A program made the position numbers and the translations under genes. Positions 11,901-26,100 of a stretch of DNA of 64,000 nucleotides are shown here, one piece after another. The stretch lies in contig NC_043019.1 of the NCBI RefSeq assembly GCF_006345805.1, forward strand, positions 28,891,360 through 28,955,359, read 5' to 3'. This DNA comes from Octopus sinensis. Taxonomy: Eukaryota. Numbering within the stretch: position 1 is the stretch's first letter; each line of letters begins with the position of its first letter. Below the pieces are notes generated by a model. The model did no database searches. It was not told the DNA's origin and was given only the letters and a program-made list of their open reading frames with translations.

Positions 11901-14900
11901 GCTTATGAACGTGGGTATTTTCTTTTTCTTTTTTTTTTTGTTTGTACACACACACACACACAAACATATGCACCAAAAAAAAAACTAATGAGAGAACCTC
12001 TCTGTGGTTGTTTAACTTGCTAGAAATAGCAAGTAAATCTCTTTCAGATAACACCTCTACTGTCCTTTATAAAAAGGGCAGAATTTATTGGATAATGTAA
12101 CTGTTTATGAATGAGTCTTGAAAAAAATAGATGGGAGAGTCACAAGTGGAATACCTTGATCAGGATTGATCCTGGGTAAAACAATGACAAAACACACACA
12201 TACACACAGCTGAAAATTTAAAACCAATCAGATGAAACAAATCAGCAATTATTATCAAGTCTTTAGAATGTTAAAAGTAAAAGATAAAATATAAACAAAA
12301 CCTTAAGAATGGTAAATAGTAGATGGAGACTCAATATACATAGATTGGGTTTCAATTCATATCTGTGTTTTACATATACACATACACCTCAAAAGTAAAT
12401 AGACACCTCTATTTTATCTGTGTAAGCATTACTCGATGCTTCAAACTTGTTAATGTATAATGTGCAAAGCATACCTATTAAATATTAGATAGAGTATTTA
12501 AACGGATGAAATGACATTATTTTGTTTCAAGAAATGAATCTTTCAAAAAACGATGCTGTCTATTCACTTTTGAGATGTCTCTGTAGTGTAGTGTGTGTGT
12601 GTGTGTGTGTTTATGCATGAGAGGGAGATTGTGTTAAAATGTATGCATTCATGTACACATACAATATATTATACATAGATTGTATCAATGCACATGTATG
12701 TATCACATAAATGTAGTAATACAAATCAATTGCATGTCAATACATTTATATAATACGTATAGATTACATATCAATAAATAGATGTATTATACACAGATTG
12801 ATTATCAATAAATATATATATTACATATAGATTGTGCCAAAACATTCATGTAATACACATAACTTGAGCTGTCTCGGTCCGTCCATCCATCTATCTAAAT
12901 CACCATAGATCTTTATGCAGCATCCCTTTCTCTCTCTCTCTCTCTGTCTTCCCTAGCTTCTTTGTCAGATTACCACCGGATGCTTAAGGTGTCTGAACTA
13001 AGCCTGGTTACAAGCTTTCTGATGGTCTCTGTTTGTCTATGGATTTCAACATTTGGCACGATCAGCATTTGTCTAAGGCAGTGCTTTTCAATCTTTTTGC
13101 TGGAGCGGAACCCCAAAGAAACATTCCACTGGCTCGAGGAACCCCAGTGCAATAATTTAATAGTCTTCTGCACACATATCTGCACAGGAGAATTAAAAAT
13201 TACTGCCGATTTTAGCAGTTTTGTAACTTCTTGCAGAACCCCTGGACTGTACTGGCGGAACCCAGGTTAAAAAACACTGGTCTAAGGAACTACTGTGTTT
13301 TCCAGCATACAAGTTGATGTATATAGTGTAAACCTGTGGCGTAACCGTCCAAGCATCATTGTAACCGTTCCATATCCTGCAGTATTTCACATGGAATTTT
13401 TGGTCCTCCAAAGCCTTTTTTTGGGTCTAAGTCAATCTACCTTTTTTTGGTTTTGATTACTCTTACTCTTTTACTTGTTTCAGTCATTTGACTGCGGCCA
13501 TGCTGGAGCACCGCCTTTAATCGAGCAACTCGACCCCGGAACTTATTCTTTTGTAAGCCTAGTACTTATTCTATCGGTCTCTTTTGCCGAACTGCTAAGT
13601 GACGGGGACATAAACACACCAGCATCGGTTGTCAACCAATGCTAGAGGGACAAACACAGACACACAAACGCATACATATATATATATATATACATATATA
13701 CGACAGGCTTCTTTCAGTTTCCGTCTACCAAATCCACTCACAAGGCTTTGGTCTGTCCGAGGCTATAGTAGAAGACACCTGCCCAAGGTGCCACGCAGTG
13801 GGACTGAACCCAGAACCATGTGGTTGGTAGACAGGCTACTTACCACACAGCCACTCCGTAAATTTTGGTCTGAAAAATTTGATTTGTATGCCAGAAAATA
13901 TGGTGAATCCCTACAGTATTTCAGGTCACACAGCCAAATGTAAAAATGTGTCCTATTTATGCTCCTAGGATTCTTGTCCTTGGCCATATATATTTGCATT
14001 TTGTGTCAATGGCTAGCAGTTATTTTTCTGCATTGTAATTTGTTATTTTTTTATGATGCTTATTTTTAAAAATAATTTCCCCTTGTATTTGTTGATGAGA
14101 ACTCCCAACTCTCAACAACATTTACAAGAAAAAAATAAAGCTGTAATAGTTTGAAGTTTTATGAATCAAAGCTACACACCCACATGCACACTTATACACT
14201 GTAATATATGTATTGATCTCCAGTCCAAATCTATTACATAAATGTGCAGTATATATATCATAGTACAGGGACATATTTGATTATCTTTGATTTTCTGGAA
14301 ATTCTATAAAACAGTTGATACTCCTAAAATGATACAATTGCTAATCCTCTACGTGAAATGCTTTGGGCTGGAAGTTGTTGTTTTAGATTTCAGAATGATT
14401 GCATATATAAATATTTTTTTTTTCCACCAGGCTATCAGATGTTGCTACACATCGCTGGTCACAATGTGCTTCGCATTGTTTTAGCCTTCAAATAACGCCA
14501 CCCCGCTGGCTAAGCGAGCAGGCCAACAGAAGAAAGATGTGAGAGAAAGTTGTGGTGAAAGAGTACAGCAGAGATTGCCACCACCCCCTGCCAGAGCCCC
14601 GTGGAGCTTTAGGTGTTTTCGCTCAATAAGCACTCACAACGCCCGGTCTGGAAATCAAAACCGCAATCCTACGACTGCAAGTCTGCTGCCCTAACCACTG
14701 GGCCATTGTGCCTCCACCTTTTTTATTTGCATCTATAAAATATGACAGCTTGGTCAAGAGGCCTAACTTAAAACATGTTATCCATTTACATTTAACCCTT
14801 TAGCATTTAAACTAGCCTCATCTGGCCAAAGTATTCCACTTGTTTTATATTCAAACCAGCCAGATCTGGCTTCTTACACCTACTCTACAATATCATTCTA

Positions 14901-15625
14901 AAAGGAAGTTTCAAAGCTATAAGATAATGCATGATTAATTCAAAACAATGTGAATAAATAAGCATTATATTTGACAATAATCTGAGTGCTAAATGGTTAA
15001 TACATACATCTTACACACAAACCATGAAGGTAGTTTTATATAAACTTAGTACAAGTCCACCTTTGTTTGACATATAACAGATTCATTATGGGAACACTTT
15101 TCACCACAGCAAACCCACCAATTACTTTTGCTTCAATTTATCAACTACATACCACTTTTGCTTTATGTTTATCTAACCTACATCCACTAGTTTCAGGAGT
15201 TCCATCTATGGTTCTCCTCTTGGAAACAATTTCAGATTTTGGAAGCCTTCAGATTTCAGTTAAAGATTTGAACAACCGTATCGAACATGTTAGTTAGCCT
15301 TTTGTTGTCATACTTCTTTTAATGTACACTGCTAATGTTTTGGACCTAAATTAACATGAAATTTTGAGGGGCAGGTTGTAATTTAAACCACTTTCAAACT
15401 GGAAGTTTGTACCCTAAAACTGTCAGGCAGGTTGGTATGGAAAGGGTCAAACTAAATTGAAAAAAATGTGATAATTTTGATACAGACAACAAAAATGGCA
15501 TTTGGCATAATTTTTCTTTTTCACAAGGATAATCAAGCCTGTCTCCTATGCAATAATATATATGTATTATCATGCAAAACATATATGATAGTGTATATCT
15601 GTAATATAAAAATAGACTGGGTGTG

Positions 15626-15664
<39 letters not shown>

Positions 15665-18600
15665 AAGGGATGAACTGTTAGTGGACATCCATTATGCTAG
15701 AAGAAGATCCGCTATGGTCTTACCACTAAGAAAGGAATGTTCTCAAGAAGCATAATGGATGTCCACTTATAGGTCATCCCTTTTATATGTATGTCATATA
15801 GCATTTTCTGAAACTTCAGATTTTTAAATATGCTAGATCACTGGTTTTAAATTGATATTAATAAAATTAATATTCAAATTTTCACCCTTATTATTTTAAA
15901 TATATATATATATATATATATATACATACACACATATTGTATGTCATATATATATTAGGTTGTCCCAAAAGTTTGTAAACACTTGTGAAAATTGAATTTT
16001 TACTCGCCAAGTACTAACAAAAATTATTCCTCAAAATAAAGACCATTATTTTCCAAGACTTTCTACGAACTTTTGGGACAACCTTATATATATGACAGCT
16101 AGCTAAAAAGATAGATGATGTAGATATATGAAATACAAACAGGTGGTGTCAATGCATATAGAATATATTAATTTGAAAACAGGCCGGTAAATCAACTGTG
16201 CTCCTTACCATCTTCTCCTCCCTGCTGAGAGCGTAATCGTTCACTAGGGGTAAGAGTAGCATAAGGGTCAATGTTTGACCTGCTATGGTTAGACCACTCT
16301 CTTGAGTGATTCTGAGCATAATAAGATGGATAATAACGGTCCTCAGGAAGACTACTGTAATCTAAAAAATGAATTACAAAATTTGAAACAAAAATCAATA
16401 AAAATAAATTGAACAAAAATAAAACAATCTTTTTTTTTTATATCAACAAAAATGAAATCAAATTAAATTAAAATGGAAAATTGATTAAAAACAAAATAGA
16501 AAGTTAAAAGAAATATTTATTTAACTAATATGAATTTAATCCCCTTTTGCCATTTTAGATATTGTAGGAGTGTCTTTGATCAAAACATCCATGGCTATAT
16601 TTGGAACAAAATATACTGTTTTCCAATTAATTTTGAAAACACTCAAGACTTTTAAGATAGTAAATCAATTATGTATCATTATTAATTGCGTATGAATGGC
16701 AAAGTACAAATGTGTCAAGAGAAAAACTGAGCAATCAGATGTACTATGCAAAAAAGAAGACTGCACTGTGATGGTGCATATGGATGAAAACAACTAGGTA
16801 TTGATCCCTTAAGTTGGATGGAGCTTGCAGAAGAGGTAAACCCAGGAAGAAATGGGACAAAGTGATGAACACTGGTATCAGGACTTTGAACAAAGGACAA
16901 GGATGACTGGCAATATGTGATTCTCAACAAGACCCATCCATGTCAGCCAAGTGCCAAGTGCACAACTGGGTCCCTCATCCAATTTTCTCCTCAAGGGATC
17001 CCCTATCCATCATCTCTCTCTGTCTGCAGTATTCTGCTAATGTAATTAAATGTGAGTAGGACTGCATACTTCATGGGCTTTTCCTGAAACCACTTAACTT
17101 CCTTCCTACCCAGAGCCCTTTCACTTGATATCCATTGTTCAACTTTAATACTGTCCTCTCCTCTCACATTTTACATTGAACACCCTCTTAAGCCACCAAA
17201 TTATCTATCCACCTCCACCATCGTACATCCCTCTCACTCACCCCATGCACTACACCTGCTTCTCTCTCTCTTTCTGTAACATCTTTGTAACCTCTCCCAC
17301 CTCATCTCTCTCATTTACTTCCATCTCCCCCCCCCCATGTCTAATGTATCATTATTACCATTCTGCAGCTCTTCATTCCCACTTTTCAGCACTGTTGGTA
17401 ATTTCCTGCTCTTTTCTACTCCCCCTCCCCTAACTCAGCATAGGTCACACCCCAACTCCTCATCCATCAGCCACTACGTCCCCTCTGCAACCCTACCCAT
17501 TCTTTACAGTTGTCTCCTACTCATTTCTACTTCCTCCAACTTATAATCCCTTAACACTTGTTTTTCATTCACTATAGTTCACCTCTCATCCATTCTGCAC
17601 CTCTAACCATCTCTCACACTCCCACTCTTGAAATTTCAATTCAACCACACTCCTTATTCTCTTGTTCCCACTCACTGACATCTCATCATCACTATTTTTA
17701 CCTATCTATCTGTTTGTCTGGCTCTCTCTCTCTCTCTCTAATTTAATTGTATATATTTTAATTGTTTGTTTATTCATATGTTTCGTCTCATTCCATACCC
17801 TGACCCCAACGTTTGTTTTGTCCCCTCTTTTTCTCAACCTTATGGTGAATAAAGAAATACTCTCTCTCTCCCTTTCTCTTTCTATCTCCATCCTGGTCAT
17901 TTTCAATCTTCCTCCTATAATGCGAGAAGCCATGTGGCTCCCCTATGGGAAGAAAGCGGTTTTATTCTTGCCCCAATTTTTCATACTTTCACCCCTCATC
18001 TCTGAGCATAAAACCATTTCCCTGCCCCTCACCTATGTACTGTAACCCCTACTCAATCAATGGGGGTTGTAGTTTTGCAAGTTGCATGGTAACTACACTA
18101 GCGCTGGTGCCATGAAAACACCTGGTACATGATACAGCCTTGAACCCATTAGATACAGTTAAACCATCCAACCCATGGAACAGGGAAGTTAAATGGGGAA
18201 GATGATAATAATTATATATATCAGGATATTTGTAGAAAATAAGAGAAAAAAATAAAAAGCATAAAAATAAAAACCAATGTAAATTATAATATATATAAAA
18301 AAAAGAAGCAAAACAAAAATGCAGAAGCTTGTTGCATGCACACATGCATACATGTGTGCATGTCTTTCTTCACTATCATGAACTGGTGCTGTGTCTAATT
18401 ATGTTGAAGAGTAATTCAGTAGTTCAAAAAAATAAAGAATGATCAAATAAGTACTAGCATGATATTTTGGAGGGGCAATTTGATCCTGTATGGCTGGCTG
18501 CAGTCCAATGACTGAAACCAGTACAACAAGAATAAAGAAAATAAGGAATCTAAATACATCTACAGATAGAGTGGCCAGATGTACGAAAGTTTTTTTTTCT

Positions 18601-20687
18601 CCACCATTATTTGTATATAATATATACACCTCATTATTATTATTATTTTTTTTTTTTTGTTTTCAGTTATTTTGTTAGTCTCTCGAGTCAGAGAAAGATG
18701 ATACAGAAACTTCTTGCTGAACAACCTGCACAGATGATTTGTTTATAAAGATCAAATGAATGTTTGTGCTGTATGTAAGTTCGCTGCCGCCATCAAATCA
18801 ACATTGCCTGTACAGGGTCATGGTGTGCTATTCATCAGATGTCAAAATAATTACCTTATTTATATAATGATAAATTCCATGAGCAGAAAAGTCAAAACAA
18901 AAAGAATCTGGATGTATATACACAAACGAAACGGAACAATTCAAGAAAATGGTTATTTGTCTGTGAATATATTCTGCAAATAAACTGAGCAGGAATTGAA
19001 CTTCCTTTTTCATTTTCTTTTTCTTTCTTTTTTCTTTTGCTGAATGCAATATATGCGATATAACACGGAAAAAACAATGATTAAAGTCTGTTAAAACAAG
19101 CATGAGAGAAAATACAGGTACAACACCCAATTTCTGAACACCAATGGTCCAGAACATCTTAAAATCTATACAGTTCTATATTTAAAAGATGAGGAATTAT
19201 GTACATTATTTATATTTGACAGATATTTGTCCTCATCTTGTTTGTTGTTAACACAACATTTTGGCTGGGGAAAATTTTGAACCTGGGTTCAAAATTTCCC
19301 CAAGACACCTGATGAAGGCTGGAGGGTATATTAGCCGAGGGTATATCAGCTTGTACAGGTGCATGGTGTGCCATTCATCAGATGTCAAAATAATTACCTT
19401 ATTTATATAATGATAAATTCCATGAGTCTTGGAGAAAATTCGAACCCACTTTCCCAAAACACCTGATGAAGGCTGGAGGGTATATCAGCCAAAACGTTGT
19501 GTTAACAACAAAGAAGATGAGGACAAATATCCGTCAAACATAAATAATGTAAATAATATATCTTAAAGTTTGTACTAATTTCTGAACATGAACTTCAATT
19601 TGCTGTGACAGACAGATTGGTTTACTAATACCTTGCAGACACTAGTATCTTGCACAGTGCAACAGTATTAATATGCATGTAGCATTTATACAAATATTCA
19701 GATACCTGTATTTTATTTAATTATTTAAATAAAATTAATATTTGTTGAATTTAGCGAGTGTTGACCAAGGTGAAAAGGTTTTGCCACCGAAGTTTCCAAT
19801 AAATCAATATTTCACCTGTAGTAGTGTTACCAGAGTAAGTTATATGGGAAAAAATATGAACATTTATCTGGGTTGCTTACCTTCTTTATACCTGATGGGT
19901 GATTGGTGGCTGTCTGAGTAAGTAGGTTCTTTTGTGTGGGGTATACTGTTCTCCTAAGAAAAGTAGAGTTAGAGAAGAAATGTGAATGGAATATAGTGGA
20001 GTAAAATGAAGAAATTAAAGAATATGAGACTCACACACACAAATGCACAGAGGCAAAGTATGATATTTAAGAAAGAAAATATCCTATATGTTGTTAGGAA
20101 AAGAATTTCCTGATATTTTGGACCAAACCATTGATTGGAGATTGAAGAAAGATTTTCGTGTCCTTTGGACATCAAAGTTTGGTATTAGTGAAGAATTCTG
20201 AGAATGTGTAGAAGAGGGGTTGGAGAGAGATAAAGGAAGTGGAATTAGAGAAGAATGAGGTTAGGAGTGATAAGAATAAGAAGAAGAAGGGAGAAGAATT
20301 ATTGGTCAGAAATGATGTTTGGAGTGACAGATACAATATAATTGAAGGAAGGAATGCAAGATACAGAGATATTAACAGAGAGAATGGTAAAGATGAAGAA
20401 TGAGAAAGAAAAGAGACAAAAAAAAAGGAAGAGTAAAAGAGAGAAATATTGATCATTTTAGGCAGAGAGCAATAAAAGAAGGATGGAGTTCAAGTTGAAG
20501 GGGTGAAGTGCGAGGTGAGAGAAGAATAGACAAAGAGAGAGAGGGGAGAGAGAGAGGGAGAGAAGAAAAGTTCCAAAAGGATGAGAGACAAAGTCGAATT
20601 CAGAATTTGAACTCAAAGTGCTGATAAGCATTCTGACTTGCTAACAATTCTACCAGCTTGCTGCCTAATAATAATAATAATAATAAT

Positions 20688-20739
<52 letters not shown>

Positions 20740-23086
20740 AGATGTACTTACTTTTCGTTTGTAGTTTGGGGGTGAAGGGTATGTCGCTATGGCTGGAATT
20801 CTATCAATAGTTGCTATGCTGGGGTCTGAAGAGGAGCGCATGAGTGGAGCTGTTTTAATAGGTAACGTATCAATGTCATCAACGGGACGATTTAGCGCTT
20901 GTTCTGTCTCAGGAGAGGCCACCATGCTAAGTCGGGTTGACATTGGAAATAAGAAATCATCATGCTTAGAATCTGTCAGCTGAAAACACGATAAGAGATG
21001 GAAATTAATATTTTTATTAATTTTTTTCATTGATTAGTTAATCAATTTGTATTTTTGTATATTAATTAATTTATTATCTATTTGTATTTTTAACTATATA
21101 TCTACTATTCGGGTTCTCAATAAGGTTTCCATTTTTTTCTACACGTAAAAAGCAACATCTGAATGTGGCCGATGCCAGCGCCGCCTTGACTGGTGTCCAT
21201 GCCAGTGACACATATAAAGCACCAACCAATCATGGCCATTGCCAGCCTCCTCTGGCCTGTGCCAGAGGCACATAAAAAGCACCCACTACACTCACGGAGT
21301 GGTTGGTGTTCGGAAGGGCATCCAGCTGTAGAAACACTGCCAGGTCAGACTGGTGCCTGGTGCAGCCTCCTGGCTTCCCAGACCTCGGTTGAACTGTCCA
21401 ACTCATGCTAGCATGGAAAATGGATGTTAAACGATGATGATGATGATGAGAGCAGTGGAAGAGATGAATTGTAAAGCATTAGTTAGACAAAAGAGACGTT
21501 AAATGCTGACGATATCAAGAAGAGGAAAAGATTAGAATAATAACACACCGGTTTTTCTGATATCCATATTTGTTGCTTTTGCTGGAAGTCAATCATTTCT
21601 TTCAATTTACGATACCAACTATCACTGCTGTTATGGATAATTGTACCTGTTGGAATACAATTAATAGTTACTTAGCAAAATTAAAGGAGTAATTCAATGA
21701 AATAGATAGGATTACAAGCATCAGCATCACGATCATATAAGTGAATGAGGGAGCAACTTCTGTACATAGTTGCTTGTTCTGTTAGAAATAGCAGCCAAAC
21801 CTTTCTCAAATCAAACCTTGCCATCTTTAAAGAAAAAAACAACCTATTAGATAATATGGAATAGGTGCACACTTAGATAATATGGACCAGGCGCAATACT
21901 TCTCCGGCAAAAAAGCCAACATAGTATATAGTGTAAATGATTTACCATAATATAAAGAACGAGAGTCACTTAATTTGCTTGTAATAGCAACCAAATCTTA
22001 TTTCTTTATTGCCCACAAGGGGCTACACACAGAGAGGACAAACAAGGACAGACAAACGGATTAAGTTGATTATATCGACCCCAGTGCGTAACTGGTACTT
22101 ATTTAATCGACCCTGAAAGGATGAAAGGCAAAGTTGACCTCGGCGGAATTTGAACTCAGAACGTAGTGGCAGACGAAATACCGCTAAGCATTTCATCCAG
22201 CGTGCTAACGTTTCTGCCAGCTTGCCACCTTATCAACCAAATCTTGCTCACATCACACCACACCACCTGTGCCTATGTAGAAGTTCTTTGGAGAATTGTT
22301 GTCGTTCTTGGGTGCTAAAGTAAACCCATTACCCATTTTAATAGCACCATCAAATGACTCACAGGAGCATTTAAAATAGTCCACTGGTCTGAAATAATTT
22401 ATTTCTTTTCTCCAACAAATCTCAGAGGACCAGCCACCCTTGCCACTGACAAAAGATCTCCTAAAATCCTTGCAACAGTGATAATACATTAATTACCTGT
22501 AAATAAATAACTGTAGAACTTCTCTAATTTCATCGATTCTTCGTAGAGCTTTTTCAAGTTCTTGCTTGAGTTTTTGGCCCACCGTGAACGAACATCTTTC
22601 ATAGCAGCCTTCGTTTCTGATGCCACAAAAATTACCAAAGGGTAATATTGTGCAAAGTTGAGCTTTTCAACTGAATCAGGAGTAATGTCCAACAGACAGT
22701 GTTTATTCTGTAGGCGGAGAAAAAACAAAATTCAATATAAGACAATAAAATCATAAACACACAGACATACAGTAGTCACACGCGTAAATTCACAGACATA
22801 TGTTCACATACATGCTGATTCCCACAGACACATTCCCTCCTGTAGCTCTGCACTTTAAAATCCCTTTAGTGAAATGCAGATAAGGGTCAGGGACAGGAAG
22901 AGCATCCAACTATAAAATACTGCCTCAAATAAGCTTCTGTCCAACCTATGCCAGCATAGAAAACAGGCATTAAGCAAGCAAATGAATACATAAATATGTC
23001 TTTAAAAACATACATGCTTTGTTTTAAAGTAGAGTGAAGTTCATAAGATAGAGTGAACACATTCTCGGATGATATATATATATATA

Positions 23087-23117
<31 letters not shown>

Positions 23118-26100
23118 TGGGGGACATAATGACATTTAGTCTTGAACTTTTTCCAGATGGTCTGGGTGTTAATAAATTAAATGTTTTCAAGAAATAAAAT
23201 TCCTTACCTGAGTCATAACACCATTAATAGCACTAAGTTTCACAACACCTGTTCGGTTTTTCCTACCGTCATCTTCATGACCACTTTTCTCTGTTAACGA
23301 AAATAGGGAGCATATTGTCATCAGAGGGAACAAAATAATCTATGGACACAAAAGTGCATGCGAACACATGCACAAACACACACAATGATGATCGATCCTG
23401 CATTAGTTTTGATAATGTTGGTGGCTGAATATTCCACAGACATGTATACCATTAATGATTCTCAGACTGAATCAGTATAACAATACTGTATTGGTAAAAT
23501 CCAACCAATGAGCATCCATACAAGAAGTGGATTTGACAGGTGGAAACTAAAAGAAATCCAGCTTGTTTACCAACCACATGGTTCCGGGTTCAGTTCCACT
23601 GCGTGGCACCTTGGGCAAGTGTCTTCTACTATAGCCTCGGGACGACCAAAGCCTTGTGAGTGGATTTGGTAGACGGAAACTGAAAGAAGCCCGTCATATA
23701 TATGTACATATATGTATGTGCGTGTATGTTTGTGTGTCTGTGTTTGTCCCCTTAGCATTGCTTGACAACCGATGCTGGTGTGTTTATGTCCCCGTTACTT
23801 AGTGGTTCGGCAAAAGAGACCGATAGAATAAGTACTGGGCTTACAAAGAATAAGTCCCGGGTTCGATTTGCTCGACTAAAGGTGGTGCTCCAGCATGGCC
23901 ACAGTCAAATGACTGAAACAAGTAAAAGAGTAAAGAGTATGTCTATTTTTGTCCCCATCACATTACTTGACAACCATTGTTGGTTCGTTTATGTCCCAAT
24001 AACTCAGCAGTTTGGCAAAAGAGCCTGATAGCATAGACTTAAAAGATTAGTACTGGGAGTGGGGGTGATCTGTTCAACTCAACACTTCAAGGTGGTGCTC
24101 CAGCATGGTCGAATGTCTGAAGCAAGTAAAAAGAAAAAAAAAAGATTTAAGAAGTAAAAGCTTTTATCTTTGTGGGTGATCCTTTCAAAAATATTTTGTA
24201 ACCAAGAATGCTAATTGCTTCCCTATATAGTTGTTAAGTGAAAAGCTTAACCCTTTTAATACCAACCTAAGACCCAATCTAAGGCAATAACATTTTGTTA
24301 TTACCCAGACGCTAAACGAATAATTAAAAAATAAAGTTATTTGTTTTGCTAAATTTCTCTAAATTATTTATAATTTCTAGAATTAATTGGAATATAGGCA
24401 GTGTATTTTATTAGCAATCTGATCAAGAAAGGGTTAAAGATTATACAAAAAGCCAAGTAATTTCAGGCAAACATACGAGGGGAATCAAACTTCTCGGGTA
24501 AGTCTTGAAGAAGACGGTCTTTGGCAATATCAGCAACTGCACCAAAAATAACCACTGGACGTACATAACCCACTGCAAAATAGAAAGAGAAGTTTGCTGG
24601 TGAGTATTTATTTAAACTGGTATAGAGAAATTAATGTTTGTGAGATGATAGTGTGAGAAACAGAAATGTAAATATACTTTCATTTTCTAAGCACACCGCA
24701 AAAAAGAAAAAAGCCATTACAAAATAGTAAATAAGATTTCATTTAAAATAAATGAAATAAATGAAAAATAACTAAAGAGAAAAAAATAAAAGAATTTTAC
24801 ATAATTTTTTGTAAATTTAAATTAAAGTTTGAGATTCCAAGTGTAAAAGTTCAAGAGAGAAAAAAAAAATAATATAATTCAGTAAAATTCTGAATTGTTA
24901 AAATGTCTGAAAGAAAAAAAAAATGGAAATTTAAAATAAATAAAAAAACAAAGAGCTAAAACAGAATGAGGAGAAAGTTGACGATCAACAAAGGAAACAA
25001 ATGAGATTCTTTAATTATTTTGTTTAATGAATTTATAATTAATATTATAAATTTGCTAAACACCAAACAAAAGAAATCATGAAATTAAGTGAAATATTGA
25101 GGTTGAGTGTCATGGGACAAAAAGAGCGAAACTCCTATCGAAAAACATAACGCAAACATCATGGATTCATTTCTCAAGTGCAGCAGTTTCACCTTTTGTT
25201 TATGATAGGGAAAAGATATGAGCATAATTGAGCGAGGATACTTGACAAGAGATATAAGGAGTTTCATGTGATGAGACAAGGGAACTTGACATGATAATAA
25301 AGGAATTTTCAGGAAATAATAAAGGAGTTTTATGAGACATGGTGAACTGCAGGCGCCAAAGTGGGTGTTTTATGGATTAAAGAGGGATCCTTTGTTTGGT
25401 TCCCAGAACTGAGAGAAATAGTTCTTTAAGAATTTTAGTTGAATATATTGACCCCAGTAATTTTTTTTTTCAAGCCTCATACTTAGGGGACATAAACACA
25501 CCAACACCAATAGTCAAGTGGTGGTGGAGAAACAAATGCAGACACAAAGACACACACACATACACAATGGGCTTCTCTCAGTTTCTGTCTACCAAATCCA
25601 TTCACAATGCTTTGGTTGGCTTGAGGCCATGGAAGAAGACACTTGCCCTAGGTGCCACACAGTGGGAATGAACCTGGAAACACAAGGTTGGGAAGCAAGC
25701 TTCTTATTTCTTTATTGCCCACAAGGGGCTAAACATAGAGGGGACAAACAAGGGGATTAAGTCGATTACATCGACCCCAGTGCATAACTGGTACTTATTT
25801 AATCGACCCCGAAAGGATGAAAGGCAAAGTCGACCTTGGCGGAGTTTGAACTCAGAACGTAACAGCAGACGAAATACCTATTTCTTTACTACCCACAAGG
25901 GGCTAAACACAGAGAGGACAAACAAGGACAGACAAACGGATTAAGTCAATTACATCGACCCCAGTGCATAACTGTTACTTAATTTATCAACCTCGAAAGG
26001 ATGAAAGGCAAAGTCGACCTCGGCGGAATTTGAACTCAGAATGTAACAGCTGACGAAATACTGCTAAGCATTTCGCCCGGCGTGCTAACGGTTCTGCCAG

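Noticed and set aside
13629-13999. Recurrent ORFs such as [22 protein letters not shown] and [18 protein letters not shown]
   Set aside because: Chance translations of SINE family B copies (also 23567, 39629, 41673).
17150-18050. Pyrimidine-rich tract with S/L/F-rich ORFs (purine-rich counterpart at 20150-20580)
   Set aside because: Low-complexity compositional bias with no splice or domain support.
22253-22489. 78-aa minus-strand ORF next to the GUK exon
   Set aside because: Intronic. The GUK exon splices at 22497 to 21646, which restores the ZO-type sequence.
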